Shown here: one piece after another, positions 13,401 to 24,938 of the stretch
Layout of the letters: the number at the start of each line of letters is the position of its first letter
Numbering within the stretch: position 1 is the first letter of the stretch
Source: Podarcis vaucheri
Lineage: Eukaryota
Assembly (NCBI GenBank): GCA_965113315.1
Contig: OZ220364.1
DNA length: 64,000 nt
Strand: one strand, 5' to 3'
Made by a program: the position numbers and the translations under genes
The notes under the pieces: generated by a model
What the model was told of the DNA's origin: nothing
What the model saw: the letters and a program-made list of their open reading frames with translations, nothing else
The model's database searches: none

Positions 13401-13945
13401 AGAGTTGTCCACTTAAGTGAAGTGAATGCGAGTGTCTTTGTGGGTGGGAGAGGGGTGTGCGTCTGCTAGAAGTTCTGTACGCTGGTGGGGCCATTGGATT
13501 CACTTTTGGCCAGAAAAAGTAGCCAAGCTGTTCCCCTGCTTGGAGTGACCGCTCCTGTGAAAGGTGGTTGTGACGGCTGAGCCTGATGGCTAGCTGATAC
13601 GTGACGGAGACCAAGGTGTGGGACGGTGAGAATAGAAGTTGTCTCATTGTGGTAGCAACTTCGGCTTAACTTTGTTAGATGAGGTGGTTTTAGGCAACTT
13701 CCCCTGCCAACGTACACATGTTGAAAGAATGTATTTGTGGGGGGTTTCTCCAGCTGCACACCCTGCTGGAGTCAAGTCTAAGAACCACACCCCCACTGCC
13801 TACATGTTCAGAGTATGTCAGAAGCATGCGTTACAGTGTACATGGATCATTTTCCATGTGAGGAAGGATCCCGAACCAATCCGTAACCTGCCTCATGTAG
13901 AGATGCTCTGCATATGTATCTATTTCTTCCAGTACAATACTTTTT

Positions 13946-14250
13946 GACCGGATGACAGATGGCCATCTAACCTTTGCTTAAAAACCTCCAAGGAAGAAGA
14001 GTCCACCACCTTTTATGGGAGTCTGTTCCACTGTTGAACAGCTCTTACTGCCAGAAAGTTCTTGCTGGTGTTTAGATGCAATCTCTTGTAAGTTGAATCC
14101 ATTCGTTTGGGTCCCAGCCTCTGGAGGAGAAAGCAAGATTGCTCCATCCTCCACGTGACAGCCCTTGTTATATTTGAAGATGGCTATCATATCTCCCCTC
14201 AGTCCCCTCTTATCCAGGCTAAACATACCCAACTTCCTCAGCCATGCCTT
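13946..14250 (-). mobile_element. CR1 LINE fragment
   Basis: Encodes LRKLGMFSLDKRGLRGDMIAIFKY. Confidence 0.85.
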
Positions 14251-15294
14251 GTAAATCTTGGTTTCCACCATTTATCATCTTGGTCTCCCTCAGTTTAGAT
14301 ACTATGTTGTGTTCACGGCAGATCAGATTTCCAGAGATACCAGAGCTCGGGCCATTAGCGTGTTTTAGTGTTTGTGAGATTGCCGTAGGTTTTTAATGAA
14401 TAAAACTTGCTTGGCTGAAAGGCACGTGGGAAGACGGAGGAGTAAAGAGGAATTATTAAACTGAAACATGAAGGTTGATTTCTTTAAAAAAAAGTTTATT
14501 GCAAAATTCAGTGTTTGGTAGCACTTCCAGAGTTCACTAATTACAGTACAGAACAAACCAGCAATCCATGTTATAGCCTGATTTTGGATCTTTTGTGCAC
14601 ACAAATATGCTCTTAGTCATGCTAATATAGTATGTACTTGGAACAATAACTTACGATGTGGTCTGTTATACACATATTATTTAGTAATGGAAATCCTTGT
14701 ATAAAGAAGAAGATACAGTAGAACCTTGTTAAACTGCAGGACCAGCTAGGTTTCCCCCACAAACACAGAATGTGCTCCTTAACCGTTTTATCTTCAGCAA
14801 AGTTGTAACAGCAAAAAGTACTGTACTGAGGCCTTTTATTACGGAGATGTCATTAATTTAGCCAATTAATTTAGTATGTTGACTTTTCTAGAGGTATAGT
14901 GACAAATAATTCATAAGGTAAGCTTGCTAAATAAATAAATAAATAACACATTTTGCAAACATAAGTTTCATGTTTTGTTCATTTACTTGCTAGTTCCAGA
15001 AAAGTGACCCACCTCCCCATTGGGGATGGTGCATGTCTCCCACTTGCGGCTGCAATTTATCAAGGTTCTGCTGTACATTATAAAGTGCTGAAGTTATTCA
15101 AAGCACACTAAACTGCAGTTGTTTTCATGCAGTTTTCATGCAGTGAGGGAGGAGGGTGGATTGCAAAAGCCACTCCTAATGATAGAGCACCCTTCCCCGT
15201 GTTTTTTTTTTGGGGGGGCAGCTTAACATCCTGAATTGAAATGACTCGAGTGGAACATACTTCCAAATAAGTATGCTTGGGTTTCAGACTGGTA

Positions 15295-15475
15295 CAGTGG
15301 TATATCCGGTTGCAGATGGGATCTGTTCTGGAGGTCCGGTTGGATCCCAAGGTTTCCACAACCTGAGGACCCCTTCTGCGCATGTGGCGAAACCTGGTAA
15401 AATACTTCCGGGTTTGCCGCATGTGCATCCCGAAGTTTACGTAACCAGACGGTTACGTAAAGGGAGGTACAACTG
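15295..15475 (+). mobile_element. Tc1/mariner-pogo MITE, family B-like
   Basis: TA|CAGTGGTA ... TACAACTG|TA; similar to 19302, 37597 and 43039. Confidence 0.75.
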
Positions 15476-17891
15476 TATTTCAATGTTAAGGACACTTAGC
15501 TTGCAAGTATGTTCCACTCTAAAGACCAACCAGCATCTTCGTAAATGGGTTTGAACCTTAAACACATTGAAAGTGCAAGGACCTCAAACAATGTATTCGG
15601 GTGCCAGTGGTTGCTCTCTTTTAAAATTGGATTCTCCCTCATTTCTTATGCTGACAATGCATAAGCATCTTAGCGGAGCACTCAGCATACAATGCCACTT
15701 TACTGAAATACTGAAACGCATTTGAATCTGTACTGTGTGTATCCAGGACCAAAAGAAACATTTTTATTTTCTCATTTTGTCCCCCTGAGTTGTCTCATTG
15801 ACAAAAGAAAATTGCGTAAAAGTGGGACAAGCAAGCTTGTGTTACCACTGATAGTTATCTATTGAGTGTAAGTGAATAGCTGACATGTTGCCTTGTTTAA
15901 TCATTCCCTTTCTTTACACATAACTGACTGTTAATGGGAAGCAAACCCAACTCTGCAGCCAATTGAGAATCCAGGGTGGTGGCATAATCATTTTTAGGAC
16001 CAGTTATTTGATGCCTGTGGCAGCTGTTGAGTGCACTTGTTAAATTTAAAATAAGAATTACACTGCAAGTTTCTTTTTGCTTTAGGTTCTCTCTAGTGAT
16101 CCGTGTGCAGAATTTAGCTGTTGTGAACATTCACAAACACATGAGACGCCAAGGCCCAGTTCATAACGTTTGGCGCCACGTGATCCCCGGTGTGCCTGCT
16201 TAGGGGCTCATAGCCCAGTGTGAGTTGCATGGAGTTGATGATTGCCATGTGTGTAGTCATGACTGCTCAATACAGGGACCGCTTTCAGTCTTGCAAATGG
16301 CAGAACTTTGGACTATATGACACACACACACAGTCAGTGCTTCCATGCAGCTCAAGGCCCCATACAAGGCAGTGTCTGTAGGCTTGAGCATGTCTTGCAC
16401 CACCTGAGAATGTGAAACCTATATACTTTGGTGCAAGCCTGGCTCAAGCCTACAGGCGTAGGGAGACTCACTGTGAAAGCTGAAGGTCTGCTTCACAACA
16501 TACAAAAAAAAAAAAAAAGGAAAGGATAAACAACCAACATACAGTAAAAAGAAGGTATTAACTTGAAAATTCTCTCACTAGATTCAGCAAATCGTTTAAC
16601 CACTGGGTTCAGTTTTACTCAACAGCTGGAACTATGATTCCTGTTCAGGACTGAATTCAAGAACAGCATGTTTGCGTGTTTTTGTGTTTTAAAATAGTTT
16701 GTCTCGAAAAGAACAGATAACACTGCTACCTACACCTTAAAAAAGCCCATATCAATAAAGTTTTACAAAATATCAATGCATTTAAAATACCTGTGAAAAG
16801 TGTTAACCCCCTACCCCCCCACACTTGCCCATACAGACATTGTCTAATAAGTCTTAAAATAAATAGGTAATTTTATTTTATATTTAAAAAAATGCAATCA
16901 AGTTGGTTTATCTAACTACCAAAAGAGAACATGACTTCAGCAGTGCTCAGAGGGAATCCCCACTAAATTTCAATGCGATGGGAAATCTTAATGAGGGACC
17001 AGGAAGGGCTGGAGCAGTAGTCTTTTGCCCTGCCAGTTTGGGGGTAGAAGAAGAGGAGGACCATTTGGGGGGTGGGTCTTTTTGGGCATGCAAACTCCAG
17101 AGGGGTCCAGCTCGAGTCCCTCTCTGCAAGTCAGGCCAATTTAGAATCCAGTAGATCCATGTCTGGCCCAGTTCTACCCCAAAGGGACCCTGTCCAAACT
17201 ATGAGTGAGCACAGGATTCCAGCCCTAAGGTTGCAGTTTGTATGCCCACTTTTAAATATGCCCTATTGAAAGCACTGAAAAGTTCTGAATAAACATACAT
17301 ATGGTTGGACTGTATCAGTGATAAATCTGGAAAGATAATGGTCCCATGAAATATCCACAATAACTGGCCATAAAAATAGTAACCTCCAACTTCCCAACCT
17401 ATATGAAGTTCAAACAAGTTTTAGAAACAAAACCCTGTCAATTCCCTTCGATATATCATTTAGCTCAACCCCCTTTACCACCCCCCCATTCTCTGAAATT
17501 AGTATCTACTCTTTAACCTGATTTTAAAACAACTAAAAAGTTCAAAATAACTTGTTTTGTTACAAGACACATCCTTGCTCTTTGTCTAATGCAATAGTTG
17601 GTTTCTTCCCCGTGATTTTGGAATTGGGAATACGATAGCTTGAACCACAATTTCATGCTAGATAGGAGTGCGCTTAATGGAGGTCAATGGGGGGAGGAAT
17701 CAGAATTTGAGGTGCTTATACAAAAAAACCTGTCTAACAATAAATCTTTCTGAAAGGGTTGATAGCATCTGTTCACATTTATGATTTTGCATTCCCTTTA
17801 AAGTGTAGGTTTGATAAGGTGGATCAGGGCTGACGTGCTTTGCCCCCCCCCCCCCAATCTAAACTGTGTGTGTGTGTGTGTAAAAAAATAC

Positions 17892-18130
17892 TCAGGCCAC
17901 GCTATCACTGCTTCTTGAAGAATCCTCGTTTTTTCCAAGATCAGGCTCTATAAAGTCTTCTGGTACATCCTGCAAAGGCTTTGACACATTCTCTTCTAGT
18001 GGGTCCTTCTTCCTTTGACGTACCTTCTTGCAAGGCCTCACCAAAGAAAGGAACACGGCAGCCAGCAGCATCCCAGCCGCACAAGAATAGAATGCAGAGC
18101 TATAGTTCTTTGTGGTATCCACTAACATAC
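17892..18130 (-). CDS. SLC16A6: SLC16A6 last coding exon
   Basis: cttacAG acceptor at 18132-18131; encodes [31 protein letters not shown]...DSVA then TGA. Confidence 0.93.
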
Positions 18131-21100
18131 CTGTAAGGGTGAGGGGGGGGGGGAATATATATTGCAACGTCATGTCAAAAGCTGCGTTTTGTACAATCCT
18201 ATAAAAATCTCTTTGTACAAGTTCATTTAAACATTTTGCAAAGTAGTCCAGAGCTGTAGCTGCCTAAATGAAGTTTGAGGATTTTATGTGAGAGTAATTT
18301 AAAGGGAGATACTAGATATTATTATTTACTATACTAGAGGAAAACGCTGAGGGAGAAGTGCCACTTGTGCATAAACAACATCTCCCCCCCCCACTTGCAC
18401 ACATCATTAACAATAATGATAATGTTAATAATAATGTTAATAATAATAATAATAAATTGTACCCCACCCATCTGACTCTAGGCAGCATCCAACATACCAA
18501 AAGCATCTTAAAACTTTACACTTCTCTCATGCAATATCCCTTCATTTGCAGGGTTAGAGTTGCTGGGGGGCGGTTCTGTGGGAGTAATTTCTGAAGCTAC
18601 AAAAGATGTATACTGCAGCCAGTACCTACCCCAAATTACTTAGAAGATGGGCTCGCAAAAATCCCTGGAAAGAATGACCATTTTGACTAAAGTACTTCCC
18701 AGTAAGTGTACTCTGGATTTCTGCCCATGATTTCCTATGACCTCATGCTTGTAAACAGTTTTCGGAATGTTGTTGCAGTTCCTGAACTGCAGTTGTCAAG
18801 CGAGCCTTTTGCGAGCAAGGTAATTAAAAGTCATTCTTAAAAAGAGTATTACACCGCCAGTACAAGGCTTTCCATGCATGTTGTGGTAGCTATTAACAAC
18901 CACATAGAATCACGGCTGTCTAGGATAGGTTTTCTTAAGGAAGAAGAAACTACTAAAGGAAGAGGGACCCCCCCCTTATTTAATGTCTACTTGGAATAAT
19001 TAAAACGACCCCTTCCTGTCTTTGTGTTGTTGATAGCATCTGTGTCTTTCAATCAAATGTGTTAGCTGATGCCCTTCTCATAAGCCTTTTTGCATCATTT
19101 GGACCTTTCCCCTTCAAGGAGATTGAAGGGCCCCCCTAGACCTATCTCCTCTTTGTTCTTTGCTTACTTGCACTTGAATTGAAAACAAGAATGGCCTTGG
19201 GCAGTCACCTTCTCACCTGATTGTCAATTCCTACCATAATTCTTCTGAGGAGTAACACACAATAGAGATTCTGAAGCACATTGTAAATTAAAAGTACTAT
19301 ACAGTCATACCCCTTGTTAGGTTTGCTTCAGGTTACATGTTTTCATGTTGCGTCCCGTGGCGACCCGGAAGTACCAGAAAGGGTTACTTCCGGGTTTTGC
19401 TGCATGCGCAGACGCGCAAAATGACGTCCCGCGCATACACAGAAGCGGTGAATCGCAACGTGCGCAGGTTGTGTTCCTTTCATGTTGCGAACGGGCCTCC
19501 AGAACGGATCCCGTTCGCAACCAGAGGTACCACTGTACTAACAACAACAGTGCCAGCAGTCAAGTTGTCTTTTGTCTATCCTTGGAGATGGCTGAAATGT
19601 GTTGCAGGGAAGGGTTTTCTTTTCGCTTAGGTGTGAGCTACTTAGTCTCCAGCGAAAGATAACCTGGATGGCAGTAATCAGGCTAATTTATTTAAGGGTG
19701 CTGATGGTAACTTGGTTTTCTGGAAAATGTGCATGTGCTGTTGTGTAGTGTCCTCCAAGATGCAGCCATTTCCTTTCTGAATGCTCACCTGCTAGTCACT
19801 GTTTTCCATGAATGCTCCCACATCTTTCTATTGATCTCACCCTTAGCTCACCTCTAGTTGTTTGAAAGCATTTGTTCCCTTTCCCAGTTGTTACCTAGCT
19901 AGAACAGAAGTTAAGAACAGTTGGGTGCATCTCATTTTTACCTGCAAGGGGTGGTCCAGCCAACCCTGATAAACTTTGAATAAATACGTAAACTCCCGCA
20001 GCAGAGGACATCTTCTCTATGCCGACGACGTCATCTTCAGCCAACATAGGGATGTGTGTGCCTGCCACTGTCCCAAGCATGAACCCGAAGTAAATGCTAC
20101 ATATCATTAGTCCCCAAAAATTGTATGCAAAAGGGAAGGCAAAGAGGGCAATATCCAGCAGAATGACACAGATGAGTTCAATGTAAATTTTTCGGATAGG
20201 CTTTTTGTTGAGGACCCAGCCGGCGCTGATTCTGCCAAAGACCTCGGCAATTGCCATCGCTGAGAGTATGTATGCAGAGTGGTCCTTGTTTATTCCAAGG
20301 CTCCTGCTAAGTGGAATGATGTATAGGGAAGGAGCAAAGAATCCCAGAGTAGCAAATAAACCAAAAAGTGCATAACAAATGAAGCCATGGTCTTTCATCA
20401 CAGAGAAGTCTAGGAGTTGAGGTTTTGGTTCCTTGGCAGGGATGCTACTAGCTTCTATGAGCTCCTCTGTGATTTCCTTTGGTGGTCCCTCACTTTTCAG
20501 TTCTGATTTGGCATCTCCAGGCGTGTTGCGAGGTGAGGTAGTTACTTCTACTCCTGAGTCAATGGAATCTATGGAGGTGCGTGTCTGTTCATTTTCAAGC
20601 ATGTATTTTGTCTCTCTCTGCTCTTCTGCTGCCGACACTCTCACTTCTTCCTGCACTTTGATTATGATGGGCCGCAGCAAGAATCCACAGGCCACAATTC
20701 CAAGCTGCAGTAGGCCAACAAACAGGAGGCTATGCCTCCAGCCAATGTGCTCCTTCAAAGCAGTGATAGCTACAGATAAGAAAAAGTAAAACACATCTTT
20801 CACTGATGGAACAGGAAGCTCTGATTTACAAAGGTAACCCTGAGGCTCAAGTTTTTAGGGTCAAGTTATGCCCAAACTTGTTCATGGTGTCTCCTACACA
20901 CTTGACTCAAATATTTGGGACCAGCTTTGGCAGTATATGAAGCAGGATCTAAGATATAAGAAGATGTTAACAAGGAACGAGGTTTCATGCACCGCCTGGC
21001 CTCCATATAACAAGCCATTTCTCACATATGCTATGCAGGAAAGCAGGGATGGTGACAGTACATATCAGCTCAAACTAGGCACAGACACTGTCTGTTTGTT

Positions 21101-24100
21101 AGGGGGTAATCTAGTGCGGAGGTCTTACTTTCCCAGGTATGTTAACCTACACCCTCTGGAGAAAGAGATAGGGAAGGTATCTTTCTCAACCGCATCAAGA
21201 TAGAAGGCAGGCTCTCCCTTATTCTGCAACACAGCTGGAGATGACACAGTTTAAAAGCAAAAGGGAGTTTTTAAAATGGCAAAAGGACTAGGAGAAAGCA
21301 CAACTTATCTTAGCACGTTTGAGAAGGCTTGATGTAATCCAGCTTTTTGAGATCTCAGGTTTGGGATTTCTCAAGTGAGGAACCCTCTGGTTTCCATATC
21401 AAATAACGTTTCATATAGGCTCTGCATTATTCCAAGGTAGCTGGGGTTAGCGCTTAGTGCTAATTTTAGCTTGGAAAAAATTGTACTGGGAACCCACCAG
21501 ATTGTATGTCATCGGGTTGCTATGCCCTTTAAAGTTTGTAAAAATAGCGCTAGGCTGAGAATGGGGGCGTAGGTTTGCCAGTGATGGGGGGCGGGAATAG
21601 TCTGAATTCAAATCTAACAACCAGCAGGATAGAACATAATTACAAAGATGGGAACTTTGCATTTTCTATTCTACATGCTTTCAAGATACAAAGGTGCTGT
21701 GGTTATATTTATCCCCCATTCTCTGTTCCCAACAATGTATTTTTGCACCTCCACACCTGTGACTTTCCAACTGACTGTTCCTGGGAGTCCACATAAGAGT
21801 GGAAAGATGATTTGTCTCTAGCAAAGGACCATGCATTCTGAAGGCCTGACATATATCTTCTCTTGACCGATTTCCTCCCAAAGATGTAACAGTTCTTTAA
21901 TGGAGGTACAAGGATATTAATGATCTGTGCTTTGGTGACTTGATATTCTGAGACTAACTGCAGGAGGCATTTTGGCTTCAGATAAGAGTTCTCTGGATTC
22001 CTGGCAAGGAGCAAAATGACCCACTGAACCATTATAATCTGAACTTTGGGGAGCCTCCAAAACCAGCTCAGAATTTGTGTGCTGGAACTAGCTGAAGGTG
22101 TCCAATTTCCTCTCCCTGGATTAGATGGCCCTTAATCAAACATTTGGTGGGAGTAAGGTCACACCATTAAGCCAACTGAGCTGTTTTAACATGTATTTAA
22201 GATTCAAGTTAACATTGTGATCATGGGAAAATCTCAGAAGGGTGTTTCAGTACCTGGTGCAAAAGAGAAGACAGCAAAACATTCTCCTGTGGAAGCTACC
22301 GCTGTGACTAACGAACGCTTCTTGTCAAAGTACTGTGACAGAATGGTGACTGTAGGCAGAAAAGCAAGGCAGTATCCTAAGCCTATAAATAAAAGCCAAA
22401 CAAATGCTATTAGTGCATGACAATAGTGGAATTGCAGACATTGGATGAAACCATTTCTTTAGTGTGTGGTTTTTTAAAACCACTCACTCTAGACCAGGGG
22501 TCAGCAACCTAAGGCCTATGGGCCACAAGCAGCCCACAGGGGTTGTTTAACCGGCCCACGAGCCACCCTGAGCCAAGCTGCCTGGTCAGCGAGTCCCTGC
22601 GCTGTGCTAAACCGTGCAGGGACTTGCTTCCACAGCACCAGAAATCATGTCTGTGAATGTGCAGACACCAAAAATTGCGTCTGCGCAGACGCAGACCCCG
22701 GAAATCGCATCTGCGCACACACGATCTGGCCCATGGAGGTATTTCCGCTGGAGTGAACTGGCCCAGGCGAGGTAAACCTTGCCAAACCCCTGCTCTAGAC
22801 ATACCACCCACAATTAGTGGTGTTGCTTGCTAAATATTTGCAAAGTTGGCCATTTCTTATTAACAGCAAGCGTAATTTTTCAAGCTATTTGAATGCATCA
22901 TACCAGGCTTCTGAGTGAGGTTATCTGTTTAGTTCTACCCATCTATGATACTGTTAATAACAACCCAGGGAAGTTTCCATAAAGCCCAATAACTCCACGA
23001 ACCCAACACCCACCAAGAATTAGTATTAGGAGGTGGTTTTTGCAAGATTTCTTGGCCATTATGAACCTGGAGGACTTCCAGCCCTGAATATAAAACATTT
23101 ATCTTGGGGGGGGGGGAGAGATAACTGGCAATTTCACTAGACGATGGACCATGTTAACTTACCTGAGACTATGCCAATGGAGATGTACATTTCGACAACT
23201 GTGCGTGCAAAGGAGCCTGTGACCATCCCAGTACTGATCAGTAAACCTCCAATCACCACCACCAGGCGATGACCAAAACGATTAGTCAGTACTGTAGAAA
23301 GAGGAGCTGCAAAAGAGGGAAACAATTTTTTTCCAACATGTACCTCTTTCAAATTACAATAGCGACTCTCATCATATGCAATAATAAGCTTTGCTGGCTT
23401 TTTATTGTATTACAAGTGGCACTGTAGTATTTCTCTTGCATAAACCATGGGTTGGTGTTAATTTAAAAACAAAGGGCCTAGCTGCTATTTCCTTTGTAAA
23501 AAAAAAAAGTGCTTTAGTTTTAGGCAAATTCCAGGTTGGCAGAGCCCCAATTAACCCCCCCCCCCCCCGGCAGACCTTTGTATTAAGTATGAAATAGCTG
23601 ACCATGTAGGTCAATGTTCCAGTGATTCAGTTTCAGTTCCATATTTGCTTTTCTTTGCTTTTCCAGAGGACCAGTAGACAAGGGCTCAAGTGAAATTTGC
23701 CTTCTGTCAGTAAACTTGAATTAAACTACCATACAGAGCAGATGCTAGCACACATAAATTGAAGGGAGACTGTTTCCCAGAAGGTTAACTAATGTGATTT
23801 AATTAACTCGAAAAAACAACTGTTAATGTCAGAAACAAGCCTTCATTGTTCTGGTCCCTTTTTTCAGACTTATCTTCCCCTAACCAAAGAACTGGTTTGA
23901 TTGAGTTGCCTTCTTGGGATAAACACTAAGGAGCAGTGTCTGCTGGGAGGAGATTCCTCTATTCTAGCCTCACTGAAACCAGCTTTGTCCTTCGCTTTAA
24001 CTCTCCATGCATTACAATGGTGGAGGTGGAGCAAAAGTATATTGTGCCCAACTCTTAACACTACTTTCTACATCTTCTCCCTGATTATCTTGCCCTCTTG

Positions 24101-24938
24101 GCCCCTTCACTCTCTTTAACATTTCTTTCCTTTTCTGCTCTTACAGAAGCACTTCTAAATCCTTGGAAGTGTCGCAACTGACCTTGAAACTTAAGCAAAA
24201 TTGTGTTCTTATGCATGAGCTCTAGTTGTTAAGCCAGCCCTATAAATGAGGGGAGTCTGAGAAACGGAGGCTTTTAAAAGTACTCTCAGTCTGTGTATGT
24301 AAACAGGGTGTCCAGTGAACCTCTGTGTGCATTTTGCTTGTCAGTGTTTGCCAACAATTAACATAGTGCGTGGATACCATACATACAGTTTATTGGTGCT
24401 TATGTAGGTCTGCGATATATGTGCAAAATTACAGCCGTACAACCACACGACCCTAAGAGCCCAGACTTCTACAGTGTGAAAAGGGATAGCTCAGTCAGTA
24501 GAGCATGAGATTCTTAATCTCAGGGTTGTGAGCCCCAGGTTGGGTGAAAGATTCGTCTGCATTGCAGGGGGTTGGACTAGATGACCCTCAGGGTCCCTTC
24601 TAGCTCTACAATTCTGTGCTTCTATGAAATAATAGGTAGGCATGCTTCTCTTTGCATAGGGACCAGGCTCTCAGTTTAAACACAAGATGTGCTGCATGCT
24701 CACCTGTAAATGTTAGTACAAAAACGCATATTGAGATAATCCATGATATCCTGCTGTTGCTTTCATCAAAACTTTCCATTAGGTCTATAAAGAAGACTCC
24801 GAAAGACTTGATAATGCCGTATGTCAGGGCTTCCACAAAGAAGAAAGCAAAAGCCACAATCCAGCCCCACCCTCCATCAGGCACTTTAGTATAAACATTG
24901 GGAGCAAGGCATGACATTCTTGTTGCTTTGACAGTCAT
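17892..24938 (-). CDS. SLC16A6: Monocarboxylate transporter 7 (MCT7), complete CDS, 524 aa: complement(join(17892..18130,19942..20769,22254..22382,23163..23306,24704..24938))
   Basis: Five GT-AG exons (235+144+129+828+239 = 1575 nt) splice in frame. MCT signature PDGGWGW near the N-terminus, NRFGHR loop, YF-K-R motif, hydrophobic MFS helices and the SLC16A6-type loop [10 protein letters not shown]. Confidence 0.96.
19302..19535 (-). mobile_element. MITE family B in SLC16A6 last intron
   Basis: TA|CAGTCATACC ... GGTACCACTG|TA. Confidence 0.82.
19942..20769 (-). CDS. SLC16A6: SLC16A6 coding exon 4 (828 bp)
   Basis: ctgtAG acceptor and GTAAA donor; encodes [19 protein letters not shown]...SGLAGPPLA, within ORF 19895..20803. 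Confidence 0.96.
22254..22382 (-). CDS. SLC16A6: SLC16A6 coding exon 3 (129 bp)
   Basis: tttatAG acceptor and GT donor; encodes [43 protein letters not shown]. Not in the ORF track; read manually. Confidence 0.94.
22495..22792. mobile_element. Non-autonomous hAT element
   Basis: CAGGGGT...ACCCCTG termini; perfect 8-bp TSD CTCTAGAC (22487-22494 and 22793-22800). Confidence 0.9.
23163..23306 (-). CDS. SLC16A6: SLC16A6 coding exon 2 (144 bp)
   Basis: tttgcAG acceptor and GTAAG donor; encodes [29 protein letters not shown]...IGIVS(G). Confidence 0.95.
24483..24626 (+). mobile_element. tRNA-Lys(CTT)-derived SINE with CR1-type 3' tail
   Basis: TAGCTCAGTCAGTAGAGCATGAGATTCTTAATCTCAGGG head with the T-arm partly deleted, then a CR1-like tail. 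Confidence 0.78.
24704..24938 (-). CDS. SLC16A6: SLC16A6 first coding exon (exon begins at 24945 with 7 nt of UTR)
   Basis: Acceptor AG at 24947-24946, ATG at 24938, donor GTGAG at 24703; encodes [26 protein letters not shown]...FVLTFT. Confidence 0.95.

Noticed and set aside
20433-20789. 118-aa + strand ORF
   Set aside because: Antisense shadow of SLC16A6 exon 4.
24483-24550. Possible tRNA-Lys gene
   Set aside because: The GGTTCG part of the T-arm is deleted and a CR1 tail follows; it is a SINE head.
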